Assembly (NCBI GenBank): GCA_951406725.2
Contig: OX597843.1
Location: 5,580,001-5,644,000, forward strand
DNA: 64,000 nt
Direction of reading: 5' to 3'
Origin: Octopus vulgaris
Taxonomy: Eukaryota
The translations under genes and the position numbers were made by a program. Within the stretch, counting starts at the first letter, position 1. Every line of letters begins with the position of its first letter. Shown one piece after another: positions 47,081 through 62,370 of this stretch. The notes below the pieces were generated by a model, which did no database searches, was not told where the DNA came from, and worked only from the letters and a program-made list of their open reading frames with translations.

Positions 47081-49070
47081 TACGAAACCATAGCAACTGG
47101 TCTCCATGGTTTCAAGCCTAACTTCCATTTCGTTTCCCATTCATCCTCAATGAAAAGAACGACTTCCACCGAACGAGCCATTAATTAGCAATTGTTTTGT
47201 TAACGAGGTTTATCAAGGTAATATCGAAAGAAAGGCAATGGATTCAATTATGCAGATTCGAGGTAGGGAGGGAGGGAAGGGTGGAGAGTCATGATCTGGA
47301 AGCGTCTATGATCTGTACAGATTTATGAGCATGAAATATATATATATGTGAATATATATAGTGGCTGTGTGGTAAGTAGCTTGTTTACCAACCACATGAT
47401 TGCAGGTTCAGTCCCACTGCGTGGCATCTTGGGCAAGTGTCTTCTGCTATAGCCCCGGGCCGACCAATGCCTTGTGAGTGGATTTGGTAGACGGAAACTG
47501 AAAGAAGCCTGTCGTATATATGTATATGTGTGTCTGTGTTTGTCTCCCTAGCATTGCTTGACAACCGATGCTGGTGTGTTTACGTCCCCGTCACTTAGCG
47601 GTTCGGCAAAAGAGACCAATAGAATAAGTACTGTGCTTACAAAGAATAAGTCCCGGGGTCGATTTGCTCGACTGAAGGTGGTGCTCCAGCATGGCCACAG
47701 TCAAATGACTGAAACAAGTAAAAGAGTATATATATATATATATAAAACTTACTTGACCAAATTCACTCACAAGAATTTGGTCAGCCCAAGGCTATAGTAT
47801 AAGATATTTGCCCAAGGTGCCATGCAGTGGGATTGAACCTATAACCATGTAGCCGGGAAGCAAGCTTCTTACCACACAGCTGCTATTTATGTATAACTTC
47901 TGAGGTTCTGCCAGCAATGGAACATATGTAGGTAAGATTTCATCTACCCCATTCTCTAATTTTAGATTTTTATTCACATACCCAGCCACCCCAGCTGCTA
48001 ACTGTAAGCTATAAAACAAATTTTTCAGCTTATTGAACTTCGACAAAACCAACCAAGCACCCACGTCAATAAACCACTATTGCTCCTGAAGGTTTTTTTT
48101 AGACCATCTACTATGGACTGCTTGAAGTTTACTAACGGCGTAGGAGTGGCTGTGTGGTAAATAGCTTGCTTACCAACCACATTGTATAGGCGTAGGAGTG
48201 GTTGTGTGGTAAGTAGCTTGCTTACCAACCACATTGTTCCGGGTTCAGTCCCACTGCGTGGCACCTTGGGCAAGTGTCTTCTACTATAGCCTCAGGCCGA
48301 TCAAAGCCTTGTGAGTGGATTTGGCAGACGGAAACTGAAAGAAGCCCATCGTATATATGTATAGGCGTAGGAGTGGTTGTGTGGTAAGTAGCTTGCTTAC
48401 CAACCACATTGTTCCGGGTTCAGTCCCACTGCGTGGCACCTTGGGCAAGTGTCTTCTACTATAGCCTCAGACCGACCAAAGCCTTGTGAGTGGATTTGGC
48501 AGACGGAAACTGAAAGAAGCCCGTCGTATATATGTATAGGCGCAGGAGTGGTTGTGTGGTAAGTAGCTTGCTTACCAACCGCATGGTTTCGTGTTCAGTC
48601 CCACTGCGTGGCATCTTGGGCAAGTGTCTTCTACTATAGCCTCGGGCCGACCAAAGCCTTGTGAGTGGATTTGGTAGACGGAAACTGAAAGAAGCCCATC
48701 GTGTATGTGTGTGTGTATGTGTTTGTGTGTCTGTGTTTGTCTCCCCAACATCGCTTGACAACCGATGCTGGTGTGTTTATGTCTCTGTAACTTAGCGGTT
48801 CGGCAAAAGAGACCAATAAGTGCTGGGGGTCGATTTGCTCGACTAAAGGCGGTGCTCCAGCATGGCTACAGTCACATGACTGAAACGAGTAAAAGAGAGT
48901 AAAGAGTTCCTACACCTTGATCGGTTGGTGTGTCATATATATATATATATATATATACGATGGGCTTCTTTCAGTTTCCGTCTACCATATCAACTCACAA
49001 GGCTCCAGCATGGCCACAGTCAAATGACTGAAACAAGCAGAAGAGTAATAGAGTAAGGGTGTATATATGA

Positions 49071-49478
49071 TACTCTTTTCTCTTTTACTCTTTTACTTGT
49101 TTCAGTCATTTGGACTGCGGCCATGCTGGAGCACCGCCTTTAGTCGAGCAAATCGACTCCGAGACTTACTCTTTGTAAGCCCAGTACTTATTCTATCGGT
49201 CTCTTTTTGCCGAACCGCTAAGTGACGGGGACGTAAACACATCAGCATCGGTTGTCAAGAGATGCTAGGGGGACAACCACAGACACACACACACACACAT
49301 ATATATATATACATATATACGACAGGCTTCTTTCAGTTTCCGTCTACCAAATCCACTCACAAGGCATTGGTCGGCCCGGGGCTATAGCAGAAGACACTTG
49401 CCCAAGATGCCACGCAGTGGGACTGAACCCGGGACCATGTGGTTGGTTAGCAAGGTACTTACCACACAGCCACTCCTG
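49071..49478 (-). mobile_element. CORE-type SINE, full-length minus-strand copy
   Basis: Reverse complement of 45058-45428. Other - copies at ~19982-20365, 36360-36942, 37590-38265, 40850-41250, 51140-51505, 53222-53995, 58505-58890, 62122-62490 and 63410-63580. Confidence 0.85.
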
Positions 49479-49773
49479 GTGATGACGATGACGTTGTTGG
49501 CCTAATTGCACTTGTAATTCAAATGTCGCTGCTTTCGTGTGCCCCACGTTTATGTATTGAACACCACACAACAGAAGCTGCTGCTACTGGATTGCTCCGT
49601 TATGTGTGAGAAAGAGAACAACCTGATGTATTGATTAACGAATGCTATTGATCGATTATCTTTCTTCTTTCCTACGTTCTCGACATCCATGTGTGCCAGG
49701 TGCCAACAAGCTGTCGACAATGATGGGCGGGTTTCCTTCTGAACAGCTGCACGTGTGAATGTGTGTGTGTTTG

Positions 49774-49806
<33 letters not shown>

Positions 49807-50474
49807 GGATATATATAGGCGTAAGAGTGACTGTGTGGTAAGTAGCTTGCTTACCACCCACATGGTTCTGGGTTCAGTCCAACTGCGTGGCATCTTGGGC
49901 GAGGGTCTTCTGTAGCTACACATATATACATGTGTGTGTGTGAATATATATATATATATCATGATCACGTGACCGACCAGACCATCAGATGTTACACATC
50001 GCTGGTGACAATGCGCTTCGCATTGTTTTAGCCTTCAAATGACGCCACCCCGCTGGCTAAGCGAGCATGTGAAAGAGTACAGCAGGGATCACCACCCCCT
50101 GCCGGAGCGTCATGGAGCTTTTTTTTTAGGTGTTTTCGCTCATAAACACACAACGACCGGTCTGGGAATCGAAACCGCGATCCTACAACCGTGAGTCCGC
50201 TGCCCTAACCACTGGGCCATTGCACCTCCACATATATATATATATATGTATGTATATATATATATGTGTGTGTGTGTATATAATGAAAGAAAATGGAGAA
50301 TTATGGATGTATACTCTTTTAGTCTTTTACTTGTTTCAGTCATTTGACTGTGGCCATGCTGGAGCACGAATAATTTATTTGTATGACTTTATGAGGTTGG
50401 AAGTTTTTTTTATAAAAACAATGCAAATAAATTGTAAATTATGAAGCTCAGAAATAGAAATGGCAGATGCCAAC

Positions 50475-50595
50475 AACCTACACGTGTTTCGATTCCTGCC
50501 CCTTGGTGATTCGTAAGTCTAAGCATTTGGGTAGGGCCATGTGCTAAGAATTGGTCCTCATTTTCAACTATGCGGGGTAGAATCTCATCAGGGCT
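50475..50595 (-). ncRNA. Type I hammerhead ribozyme motif with palindromic stem III and 84-nt loop-2 insert
   Basis: Minus strand reads AGCC-CTGATGA-GATTC-(84 nt)-GAATC-GAAAC-ACGT-GTA-GGTT. Confidence 0.65.
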
Positions 50596-50724
50596 TTATA
50601 GGCTTATTACAACAAGGGTCCATATATTTCTAGAAAGGATACAGATGAATGTCATGTAGGAGCATGAATCGAAACAGGTGTAGGCTCTTGGAATCAGACA
50701 TTTCTTTTAGAGTTCTATAATTTA

Positions 50725-51114
50725 CTAGCAGTATCGCCCGGCGTTGCTCGGGTTTGTAAGGGAAATAACTATATAAGCATTTTTAGAGATGTAAAGTATA
50801 ATAGCCATCTCAATAGGGCTAACCACAAAGGGGGAGGGTGTTACTGTAGCTTTTTACGTTCTGAGATTTAATAATACATTTTTAGAGAGTTACTTCCCTT
50901 ATATAATAGCAAAAAAAATGCATTAAAAATGGGAAAAAATGATGGTAAATTTTTTTTTTAGACGCACGTTAATACCCAGAAGGGCTCAATATGAATCACG
51001 ACCATAAGATACCCGGTTTTGGTTAAACTGCACCGCAAAATGTGGGAGTAGTTAGGAATCTAATTCGGAGTAGACAGACACTCACACACACAACTTCAGT
51101 TTTATATATAAAGA
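50725..51114 (-). mobile_element. Non-autonomous Helitron-like element
   Basis: TC start at 51114, hairpin plus CTAG end at 50725. Confidence 0.75.
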
Positions 51115-52890
51115 TTTGTATTTATTCTTTTGTTTTATGTTTTTATTTGTTTCAGTCATTTGACTACAGCCATGCTGGAGCACCGCCCTTAGTCGAGCAA
51201 ATCGGCCCCAGGACTTATTCTTTGTAAGCCTAGTACTTATTCTATCGGTCACTTTTTGCCGAACCACTAAGTGACGGGGACGTAAACGCAGGAGCATCGC
51301 TTGTCAAGCGACGTTGGGGGGCAGGGACAAACACACACACACACATATGCGAAGGGTTTCTTTCAATTTCCATTTACCAAATCCACTCACAAGGCTTTGG
51401 TAGGCCCAAGGTTATAATAAGAAGATACTTGCCCAAGGTGCCTCGCAGTGGGACTGAACCTGGAACCATGTGGTTGGTAAGCAAGCTTCCTACCACACAG
51501 CCAATACACACACATTTGTTTGTGTATGTGTTAAGGTCATGCGTTTGGTAACGAGCCGCAGGTGTCAAAGCAGGTGAATATGAAGTATTTTTATTGATCT
51601 TATATTTATCGTTTTTGTTGTTTTTGATGCGGTTTTAGGACAATTCAGGTGTTGCCATGACGATGTAACAGCTAAACTTAAATGCACACACGTGTGTGTG
51701 TGTGTGTATCTGTTTCTCTGTGTGTGTGTGTGTGTCTATCTCTGTTTCTGTGTGTGTATGTGTAAGAAAAAAGAAGAAAACTCTTTTACTTGTTTCAGTC
51801 ATTTGACTGCGGCCATGCTGGAGCACCACATTTGCTCAATCAAATCAACCCCGGGACTTATTCTTTGTAAGCCCAGTGCTTATTCTATCAGTCTCTTTTT
51901 GCTGAACCACTAAGTTACGGGGATGTAAACACCCTCAGCATCAGTTGTTAAGCAATGTTGGCGGGGACAAACAAAGACACACACACATATATATACATAT
52001 ACATATATATATACACTTCTAAGATAAAGAGCTTTTGTATATACTAGGATACAGAAATGTGTGTGTGTGTAGAAGTGTGTATGTGTGTATGTGTATGCAT
52101 GGGTATGTGTGTGTGTATGTGTGATTGAAGAGCTTTTGTGTATGCTAAGATACAGAAATGTGTGTGTGTGTATATGAATGTGTGTGTGAGTGTGTGTAGA
52201 AGTGTATATGTATGTATGTGTGTGTGATTTAATGAGCTTTTGTATATGCTATGATACAGAAATGTGTATGTGTATGCATGTATATGAATGTGTGTGTAGA
52301 AGTGTGTATGTATGTTTATGCATGGGTGTGTGTGTGTGTGTGTGCATGCATGCATGTGCGTTTAATATGTATGTAGTACGTGGTGGGTGTAATTATGTAT
52401 ATGTGTGTGTATGGAAGATAGAAATATATAAACTTAAAAATTTAAATTACATTGAGAAATTAAGAAAATAATTAAATTTTAATTAAAGAAATTTTTTAAT
52501 TAATTTAAGAATTAATTGAAAGAATCAAATTAGATTTAAGAAATGAAAAAATAAAAAATAAAAAAACAAAAATCAATTTAAGAAAATAAATAAAAAATTA
52601 AAATATGAAAGATTAAAAAATTAGAAAATTAAATTACATTAAGAAATTGAAAAATATAAAAATTTTAATTAAAAAATTAATTACTCTTTTACTTGTTTCA
52701 GTCATTTGACCGTGGTCTTGCTGGAGCACCGCCTTTAGTCAAGCAAATTGACCCCAAGACTTATTCTTTGCAAGCCTAGTACTTATTCTATCGGTCTCTT
52801 TGGCTGAACTGCTAAGTTACGGGGACATAAACACACCAACATCGGTTGTCAGGCAATGTTGCGGGGACAAACGCAGACACACAATCGTAT

Positions 52891-52937
<47 letters not shown>

Positions 52938-54534
52938 CATATATATATATATGTCGCCTTACTGGTACATGTGCCGGTGGCATGTGTAAAAAGATTCGAG
53001 CGAGGTCGTTGCCAGTACCACCTGACTGGCCCCATGCTGGTGGCACATAAAAAGCACCCACTACACTCTTGGAGTGGTTGGCGTTAGGAAGGGCATCCAG
53101 CTGTAGAAACTCTGCCAGATCAAGACTGGAGCCTGATGTGGCCATCTGGTTTGCCAGTCCTCAGTCATAATCGTCCAACCCATGCCAGCAAGGAAAGCGG
53201 ATGATGATGATATATATATATTACTCTCTTACTTGTTTCAGTCATTTGACTGCGGCCATGCTGGAGCACCGCCTTTAATCGAGCAACTCAACCCCGGGAC
53301 TTATTCTTTTGTAAGCCCAGTACTTATTCTATCGGCCTCTTTTGCCGAACCGCTAAGTTACGGGGACGTAAACACACCAGCATCGGTTGTCAAGCAATGC
53401 TAGGGGGACAAACACAGACACACAAACACACACACGCACATATATATGTATACATATATACGACAGGCTTCTTTCAGTTTCCGTCTACCAAATCCACTCC
53501 CAAGTCATTGGTCGGCCCGGGGCTATAGTAGAAGACACTTGCCCAAGGTGCCATGCAGTGGGACTGAACCCGGAACCATGTGGTTGGTTAGCAAGCTACT
53601 TACCACACAGCCACTCTTGCGCCTATATATATATATATATGATGGGCTTCTTTAAGTTTCCGTCTACCAAATCCACTCACAAGGCTTTGGTCGGCCCGAG
53701 GCTATAGTAGAAGACACTTGCCCAAGATGCCATGCAGTGGGACTGAACCCGGAACCATGTGGTTGGTAAACAAGCTACTTACCACACAGCCACTTCTGCG
53801 CCTATATATATACATATATATACATAGATACGACGGGCTTCTTTCAGTTTCCGTCTACCAAATCCACTCCCAAGTCATTGGTCGGCCCGGGGCTATAGCA
53901 GAAGACACTTGCCCAAGGTGCCACGCAGTGGGACTGAACCCGGAACCATGTGGTTGGTTAGCAAGCTACTTACCACACAGCCACTCCTGCACCTATATAT
54001 ATATATGTGTGTGTATGTATTTATAAGCATACATAATATGTACATACACATACATATTCATACACACACACACATGTTTGGCTGCTTGTGTCATTACCAA
54101 ATGTAAGACTATCTCTTCCTCCTCATCCTCCTCCTCACCCTCCTCCTCCTCACCCTCCTCTTCCTCCTCCTCCTCCTCCTCCTCATTAATCCTCCTCCAG
54201 ATATGTTTCTTCATGGCGCAATCATGTTTGTAATTCCCCCATCTTCAGTTTCACCCTGGGCTTGGCTAAATGGGGACATGAATATCCAATTTGTAGCCTT
54301 GCTAACCTCATTAACCTACATTTGTAAAATGATTAACCCTGATGCTGTCTCTCTGTCGACAGCCCCCTGCCCCTACCCCCAGTCTCTCTCCCTGGTTTTG
54401 TGGTTGGGTAAGTCTTTTACTTCCATCAAGAAATTTCGCAGTTTTCGCCATTGGAATTGTCTAAGGTTCATCATTGCTTCTCTCGTCAACATCTTCGTTA
54501 CCACCACCACCACTCTAAGGGAGACAGACACTTG

Positions 54535-54902
<368 letters not shown>

Positions 54903-55844
54903 TGTTTCTTTATTAGCCACACAGACAAGACAAAATTACAAGGTAGAGCTTTTCTTTTGGGGGTAAAAGAAGGGGGTTTGGTTTTCGATCAAAAGGGATC
55001 GTAAATGGAAAGAAAGAGGACAAAAAAGGGGGGGGGGATAAAAGAAAAAAAGATAGACAGACACATGGATAGATAGATAGATATATAGATAGATGGATGG
55101 ATAGATAGATAGATATATAGATAGACAGACAGATAGATAAATCGGTAGATAGATAGACACAGGCATACATGCACACATATACACAGAGATATACATACAC
55201 ACACATACATGAGAACACACCTACACAAAGAGACGCAAACACGCACACAGATATATACTTAAACGCACTGACAAAAACACAGACACACGGGGAGAGGTTA
55301 TCCCCTCCCTAATACATGGGCTTTCGCCCCCTCCTCCCTGCTCTGCTTTAAGTATGATCCCCCACCCCCTCATTCTCCTTGACCCCTTAACAAAATCACC
55401 TTTGAACTCCGACACCCCTCACCCCAGTGCAGCCTGTGCTAGCATCCGGGGGGGGGGAGGGGGGAGGGGGGCGGTTTGACAGTGTCCAGATGTTTCCGGG
55501 ATGGGATACGGAAGAGGAGGATAAGCCACTGGAAGAATAAAGGGTCTCACACATACACACAGACAGGACGATTTCAGGTGGTTGCTTCACATGCTAGAAA
55601 TAGCAGCTGAATCTCTTTAAAAGCTATTCTCTGTGACCTTAACTTTTACTCGTTTCAATCGTTACACTGTGGCCATACTGTAGCATCACTTTGAAAGGGT
55701 TTTTTTTAGACAAGTGAATCGACCCTAGTGCTTGGTATCTGTGGTAAAGCCTGGTACTTATTCTATCGGTCATTTTTGCAGAACTGCTAAGTTATTGGGA
55801 TGTAAACACACCAACACCGGTTGTCAAGCAGTAATGGGGGACAA

Positions 55845-56082
55845 TCATCATCATCATTGTTCGACCGTGGTCGAGACAATGGAATTTACCATGCTACGCC
55901 AGACTTCAGGGTCAATCATGGCATTACGGAGGTCCTGTTGCTGGATGCCTGTATCCCTGGAGATTACATCAGGGTAGGAGAGTGTGCGCCCTCTGGTATT
56001 GCGAGTAGATGGCTTCCAGAGGAGAAGAGTAGAGATTACCTCTTTTTCAGCTCTACAACAATGTCCAGCAAACTGGACTCTC
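55845..56082 (-). mobile_element. LINE (RTE-like) 3' fragment inserted in a SINE
   Basis: Matches 12398-12630. Confidence 0.75.
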
Positions 56083-56299
56083 CTACCTTTCTTTTCTTTG
56101 GGGGACAAACATAGGCACAAAGACACACACGCACACTTATATGTATTTATATATACGCAGGGCTTCTTTCAGTTTCCATCTATACCGAATCCATTCATAA
56201 GATTATAGTCGGCCCGTGGCTATAGTAGAAGACATTTGCCCAAGGTGCCATGCAGTATCAACTACTTCTAGTTTCTCCCCCTGGAGTGTGATGGAATCT

Positions 56300-56650
56300 G
56301 TTTCTTGAGGATCTATACATACATTTGCTCACAACATCATAAGCGGAAAGTGTAACCTCTCGAAAGAGCTGTTCTTCACTCCTGCTCCAGATCGTCGGCT
56401 GCGGGGTCACTCCGAAAAGCTCTATCTGCGACGGTTTCATCTCAATCGAAGGAGAGGGGCTTTCTCCGTCTGGGTTGCGGATCCGTGGAATAAGCTGCCG
56501 GATGAGATGGTGAAGATATCAACGACCGCTTGGTTCAAAGTCTCCCTTGACCTTAGTGGCCTGAACTCTTTACCCTGTACATAACTCCATGTCGCCCTAC
56601 ATGGCCTTGCTTTTTGCTTTTTGAGCCAAAAAATTAACTTATTAACTTAA
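56300..56650 (+). mobile_element. CR1-clade LINE 3' fragment
   Basis: RLRGHSEKLYLRRFHLNRRRGAFSVWVADPWNKLPDEMV...FKVSLD with a (ttaac)n-like tail. Confidence 0.7.
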
Positions 56651-56651
56651 C

Positions 56652-56670
56652 TATATATATAAATATATAT

Positions 56671-56719
<49 letters not shown>

Positions 56720-56722
56720 TTA

Positions 56723-56788
<66 letters not shown>

Positions 56789-56877
56789 AATATATATACA
56801 TATATATATTTATATATAAATATATATACATATATATATTTATATATAAATATATATATATATATATTTATATATAA

Positions 56878-56942
<65 letters not shown>

Positions 56943-56997
56943 AATATATATACATATATTTATATATAAATATATATACATATATATATATATATAG

Positions 56998-57028
<31 letters not shown>

Positions 57029-57088
57029 ATATGTTATATATATATATATATATATGTATATGTATATGTATATATATATATATTATAT

Positions 57089-57187
<99 letters not shown>

Positions 57188-57221
57188 ATTGTATATATAT
57201 ATTGTTTTTATATTTATTTTA

Positions 57222-57276
<55 letters not shown>

Positions 57277-57340
57277 CATATATATATGTATATATATATA
57301 TATATTATATATACATATATATATTATATATATATATATT

Positions 57341-57384
<44 letters not shown>

Positions 57385-57616
57385 CATATATATATTTATA
57401 TATACATATATATGTATATATATATACATATATATATGTATATATATACATATATATGTATATATATATATGTATATATATATATTTATATATACATATA
57501 TATGTATATATATATACATATATATGTATATATATACATATATATGTATATATATATATGTATATATATATATTTATATATACATATATATATGTATATA
57601 TATATACATATATATG

Positions 57617-57713
<97 letters not shown>

Positions 57714-57752
57714 TGTGTTATATATATATATATATATATATGTGTATATATA

Positions 57753-57803
<51 letters not shown>
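56652..57803. repeat. ~1.15-kb degenerate (TA)n microsatellite
   Basis: Directly visible. Confidence 0.95.
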
Positions 57804-57805
<2 letters not shown>

Positions 57806-57864
57806 GACCACCATGCAGTTGGTAAGCAAGCTTCTTTCCACACACACCCACACATGCCCAGACA

Positions 57865-57900
<36 letters not shown>

Positions 57901-57978
57901 TATCACTTGACACCAATTTTTTTTTCTGTTTTGGATAATTGCTTTTTCTTTCAGGTCATTAAAGGCTGTTACCAGCTG

Positions 57979-58385
57979 CACCACCACCACCACCGACACC
58001 ACCACCACCAACAACAACAACAACACCAACAACAACAACACCACCACCATCACCAATAATTACCCTGCCACCAATTGTACCATAATAACCACCAAATACA
58101 ATTGCTATCATTCCCCCCACCCACCGGCACCGCCATCACTACCACCACCGCCACCACCATCACCACATCATCACTACCACCACCACGACCACCACCATCA
58201 CCACTACCACCACCATCACCATCCCTACCTCCACTACCACCGCCACCACATCGTCACTACTACAACCATCACCGCCACCACCACCATTGCTACATCAATC
58301 CACCACCACAACCATGACGACAATAACCATGACAACCACAACCACGACCACCACTACTGCCACCATACCTACTTCAACCACCCCA
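57979..58385. repeat. (CAC/CAA)n trinucleotide low-complexity tract
   Basis: Directly visible. Confidence 0.85.
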
Positions 58386-58678
58386 GTTAACTGTAGTAGT
58401 AGTAGTAGTAGTAGCATTAGCAGTGGTAGTAGTTTGACAAGTAGTCAGTAAGGTGGTGGAGGGGTTGTGTGGTCGATCCTGCAGGTATAGAATCAGAGGT
58501 GTTCAGTCGAGCAAATCGACCCCAGGACTTATATTTTGTAAGCCTAGTACTTGTTCTTTGTAAGCCCAGTACTTATTCTATCGGTCTCTTTTGCTGAACT
58601 GCTAAGTTACGGGGACATAAACACACCAGCATCGGTTGTCAACTGATGTAAGGGGAACAAACACGGACACACACACGG

Positions 58679-58725
<47 letters not shown>

Positions 58726-60800
58726 CGACGGGCTTCTTTCAGCTTCCATCTACCAAATCCACTCACAAGGCTTTGGTCAGCCCAAGGCTATAGCAGAAGA
58801 TACCTGTCTAAGGTGCCATGCAGTGGGACTGAACCCAGAACCATGTGGTTGGTAAGCAAGCTACTGACCACACAGCCACTCCTGCACCTATATATACATA
58901 CAAACATAAATACCTTGTCGATGTTGTTGAAATTCCAATGAAGGATCCTTGGATCTAGGCTAGAAACCAGCTCTTTCTCTGTTGGCGAGAAATCTTGAAA
59001 TAAAACTGAATTATAACATGAATTCGATATCGAACCAAATTCGATGACTGCCACCCATGCCAACCCCCTTCATTGGACACAAAACTCTGCTTGTGAAGAC
59101 CTGTTGGGGCAAGTGAAATCGAAATTGAACCAAATTCGATGACTGGCACCCATGCCAGTGGAGCGTTAACAGCGACTCTCTGGCTTCTGTGCCGGTGGCA
59201 CGTAAAAAGCACCATTCGAGCGTGATTGTTACCAGTGTCGCCTTACTGGCACTTGTGCTGGTGGCACGTGAACAAAACATTTGAACGAGGTTGTTGCCAG
59301 TGCCGCTGGACTGGGTCCTGTGCAGGTGGCACATAAAAACACCATTTGAGCGTGGCTGTTGTCAGTAACGCCCGACTGGCTCTCATGCCAGTGGCACGTA
59401 AAGGCACCCACAACACTCTCGGAGTGTTTGGTGTTAGGAAGGGCATCCAGCTGTAGAAACTCTGCCAGATCAAGACTGGAGCCTGGCGCAGCTGCTGGCT
59501 CTCCAGCCCTCAGTCAAATCCTCCAACCCATGCTAGCATGGAAAGCAGACGTTAAACGATGATGATGATGATACATACATGCATGCATACATGAGAGAGT
59601 AGTGCATGATTTGAGGGAGATTGGGCTGATGTTTCTAGCAATTGTAGCTACCATGTATAGGTCCCCTTCATTAGGTCAGAGGTATGAAGTAAGAACTGAC
59701 AGATTTCTCTTCAACCAGCATTGGTGAAATCTACTGAGCAAAACAACGGAAGCAAAAAATGGACCAGTTGTCATAAACCAGAAATGACAGAAAGGATTGA
59801 TCATGTCGACAGCTTGACACGTCAATAGGTTGATATGTCAAAAGCCTGTCATAGATAGATAGATTTCTTTATTGGCAACGCAGGGCTGAACTCAGAAGGG
59901 CCAAAATTCAAAGTAGAGCTGTTCTTTTTGGGGAGAAGAGGAGCAAAAAGAAAAGGGGTTGGATTCCGATCAAAAGGGATCGTGAAAAGAAAAAAAAGTG
60001 GGGCCGATCAATAGGGATCGTGTATCACAGAAATGTCAATGTAAAAAGGGAAAACAGATTAGGTTTTTCCGTGGATAGAAAAACCTACGGAAAAGACCTC
60101 GAGAATCTTTCCCACATAGGGGATTGTAGCCCCCCTCCCATACGACCCTTCCAATTTTATTTTTTTTCACTGATATAATACCAAATTTGGCATGAAGGTT
60201 TTTTTCATCACTCGGAGTAGGTTCTAGGGGGCTACAGCCCCCACCATGCATCCCTTCCAATTTTTTCAGTGGTATAATATTGTTTCACTTTTGACTTCCG
60301 ATATTTTTTCAGCAGTATAATAGTTTCATTTTTATTCTTTCACTTTTGATAAGACTATAATATTGTTTCACTTTAATTCTTTCACTTTTGACTGCCGATG
60401 TTTTTTCGGTGGTATAATAGTTTCACTTTTGATCAGACTGTAACATTATTTATACTACATACATAAACAACTGCTTACAAAAATAGAGTTTAATGTATAA
60501 CTTTTTCTATGTTCATAATTTTTTGTCTACAATATTGAAAGATGTCACCAAAGAAAAGATGTAATCTCTCCAGAAACAAAGCAAGGAAGATCGTAGAAGA
60601 CAGAAGGCAAAAGTCTCAAGAGAGAAAGGAGATGAGACTTTCTCAAGATCAGCAAATATTTTGTAAGGTATGCACTTTTATATATCAAAAACAGTTGGGA
60701 ATAATTTAGGAGAAAGAAAATATTCAGAATCATGAAAAAAAAAGTGTAGGGGAAAAAAATTAGTGTTATTTTTATTTATGGTAATGAAGGAAAAATTATA

Positions 60801-60842
<42 letters not shown>

Positions 60843-62325
60843 ATTTTTCCTTCATTACCATAAATAAAAATAACACCAATTTTTTATATATATATATAAT
60901 CTCTCTATATATAAACAGCAAAATGTCTGTGTGTGTGTCCTCTATACAAATCCACAATTTTTCAGTTATAGCCCAAGATGCCACGCAGTGGGACTGAACC
61001 CGGAACCATGTGGTTGGTTAGCAAGCTACTTACCACACAGCCACTCCTGCGCCTATATATATATATATATGTAATTAAAGTCAAAATAAGGGTGAAACAA
61101 TTGAATATTAATTAATAACATCGATTTAAACACCAAGTGGCCTAGTGTATAAAAGACTGGGATACAGTAAATATTAATACAAAACAATAAGAGAGAATCC
61201 ACTATGTGGACGCTCTAACGCTAGAGTTAATCTATTTTTTCGTTATTTTTCATTTGTCCTGCTCGCTTACGTTCTTGGCGTGTTGAATTAATTCTTGAGA
61301 ACAATTCCTTGGTGGTGGATTCCCTTTGCGGATCTATATCTAGCGTTAGAGCGTCCACATAGTGGATTCTCTCTTATTGTTTTGTATGTATATATATAAA
61401 CTCTGCCAGATCAGACTGGAGCCTGGAGCAGCCCCTGGCTTCCCAGACCCCGGTCGAACCGTCCGACCCGTGCTAGCGCGGAAAACGGACGTTAAACGAT
61501 GATGATGATGATGATATATATTTATTTATAACATATATATATATAATGTATATACATATATATGTGTGTGTGTATGTATGTATATATATATATATATATC
61601 AAAAATATGGGTGTAGAAAATCACATCTTTAATTGCTGAATTTAGCATACAATGATGAATAGTGTTTACCCAGTAAGTCCCAACGTACTTAACTTCCTGA
61701 CTGTTGCTTTCAAATTTTCACAAATAATTGAAAGTAGGTTAAAATGAAGAAAAAAAAAATCAATTATTAAAACTCCTCTACTTTGAGTAGAAATGGAAAT
61801 ACCCGGTTTCCTCTGAACAGGACACTGCGACAATGTGATATAGCTTATTTAAGGTTTTCATTTCGTGTCCTATTTATAGGACAGTGGGACTTAATGGGTT
61901 AAGATCATTACTAAATTGACCACCAGGGTCATGCGATGAATTAATTGAGTTGGACTTATCAATGAGATTTTTCATATATTCTTTTCTAGGTGGTAAAGGT
62001 ATGTCCTTTGACCTTTAGCATGCCGTAGGTGCATTATGTCGCCATATGAGTTATCTCCCCCTATAGTTACAGGGCAGTGGCATGGGAAACAATTCTAGAG
62101 AAAATGCTGTGTGCTAAAGGTTACTCTTTTATTCTTTTGCTTGTTTCAGTCATTTGACTGTGGCCATGATGGAGCACCACCTTTAGTTGAGCAAAGTGAC
62201 CCCGGGACTTATTCTTTGTAAGCCTAGCACTTATTCTATCGGTCTCTTTTGCCGAACCGCTAAGTTACGGGGACATAAACACACCAGCATCGGTTGCCAA
62301 GCAATGTTGGGGGGACAAACAAACT

Positions 62326-62370
<45 letters not shown>

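Noticed and set aside
46262-47188. 308-aa Pro/Ser/Leu-rich ORF
   Set aside because: CT-rich degenerate tandem repeat.
56258-56440. Minus-strand 60-aa ORF
   Set aside because: Antisense of the CR1 fragment on the plus strand.
56634-57916. Long Y/I-rich ORFs (up to 262 aa), and similar ones at 1-265, 2810-3211, 10315-10875, 14935-15554 and 21952-22322
   Set aside because: Translations of (TA)n/(CA)n microsatellites.
57940-58317. Splice acceptor followed by a His/Gln/Thr/Pro-rich reading frame
   Set aside because: The frames close quickly, the content is trinucleotide repeat, and no partner exons were found; it cannot be supported as a gene.
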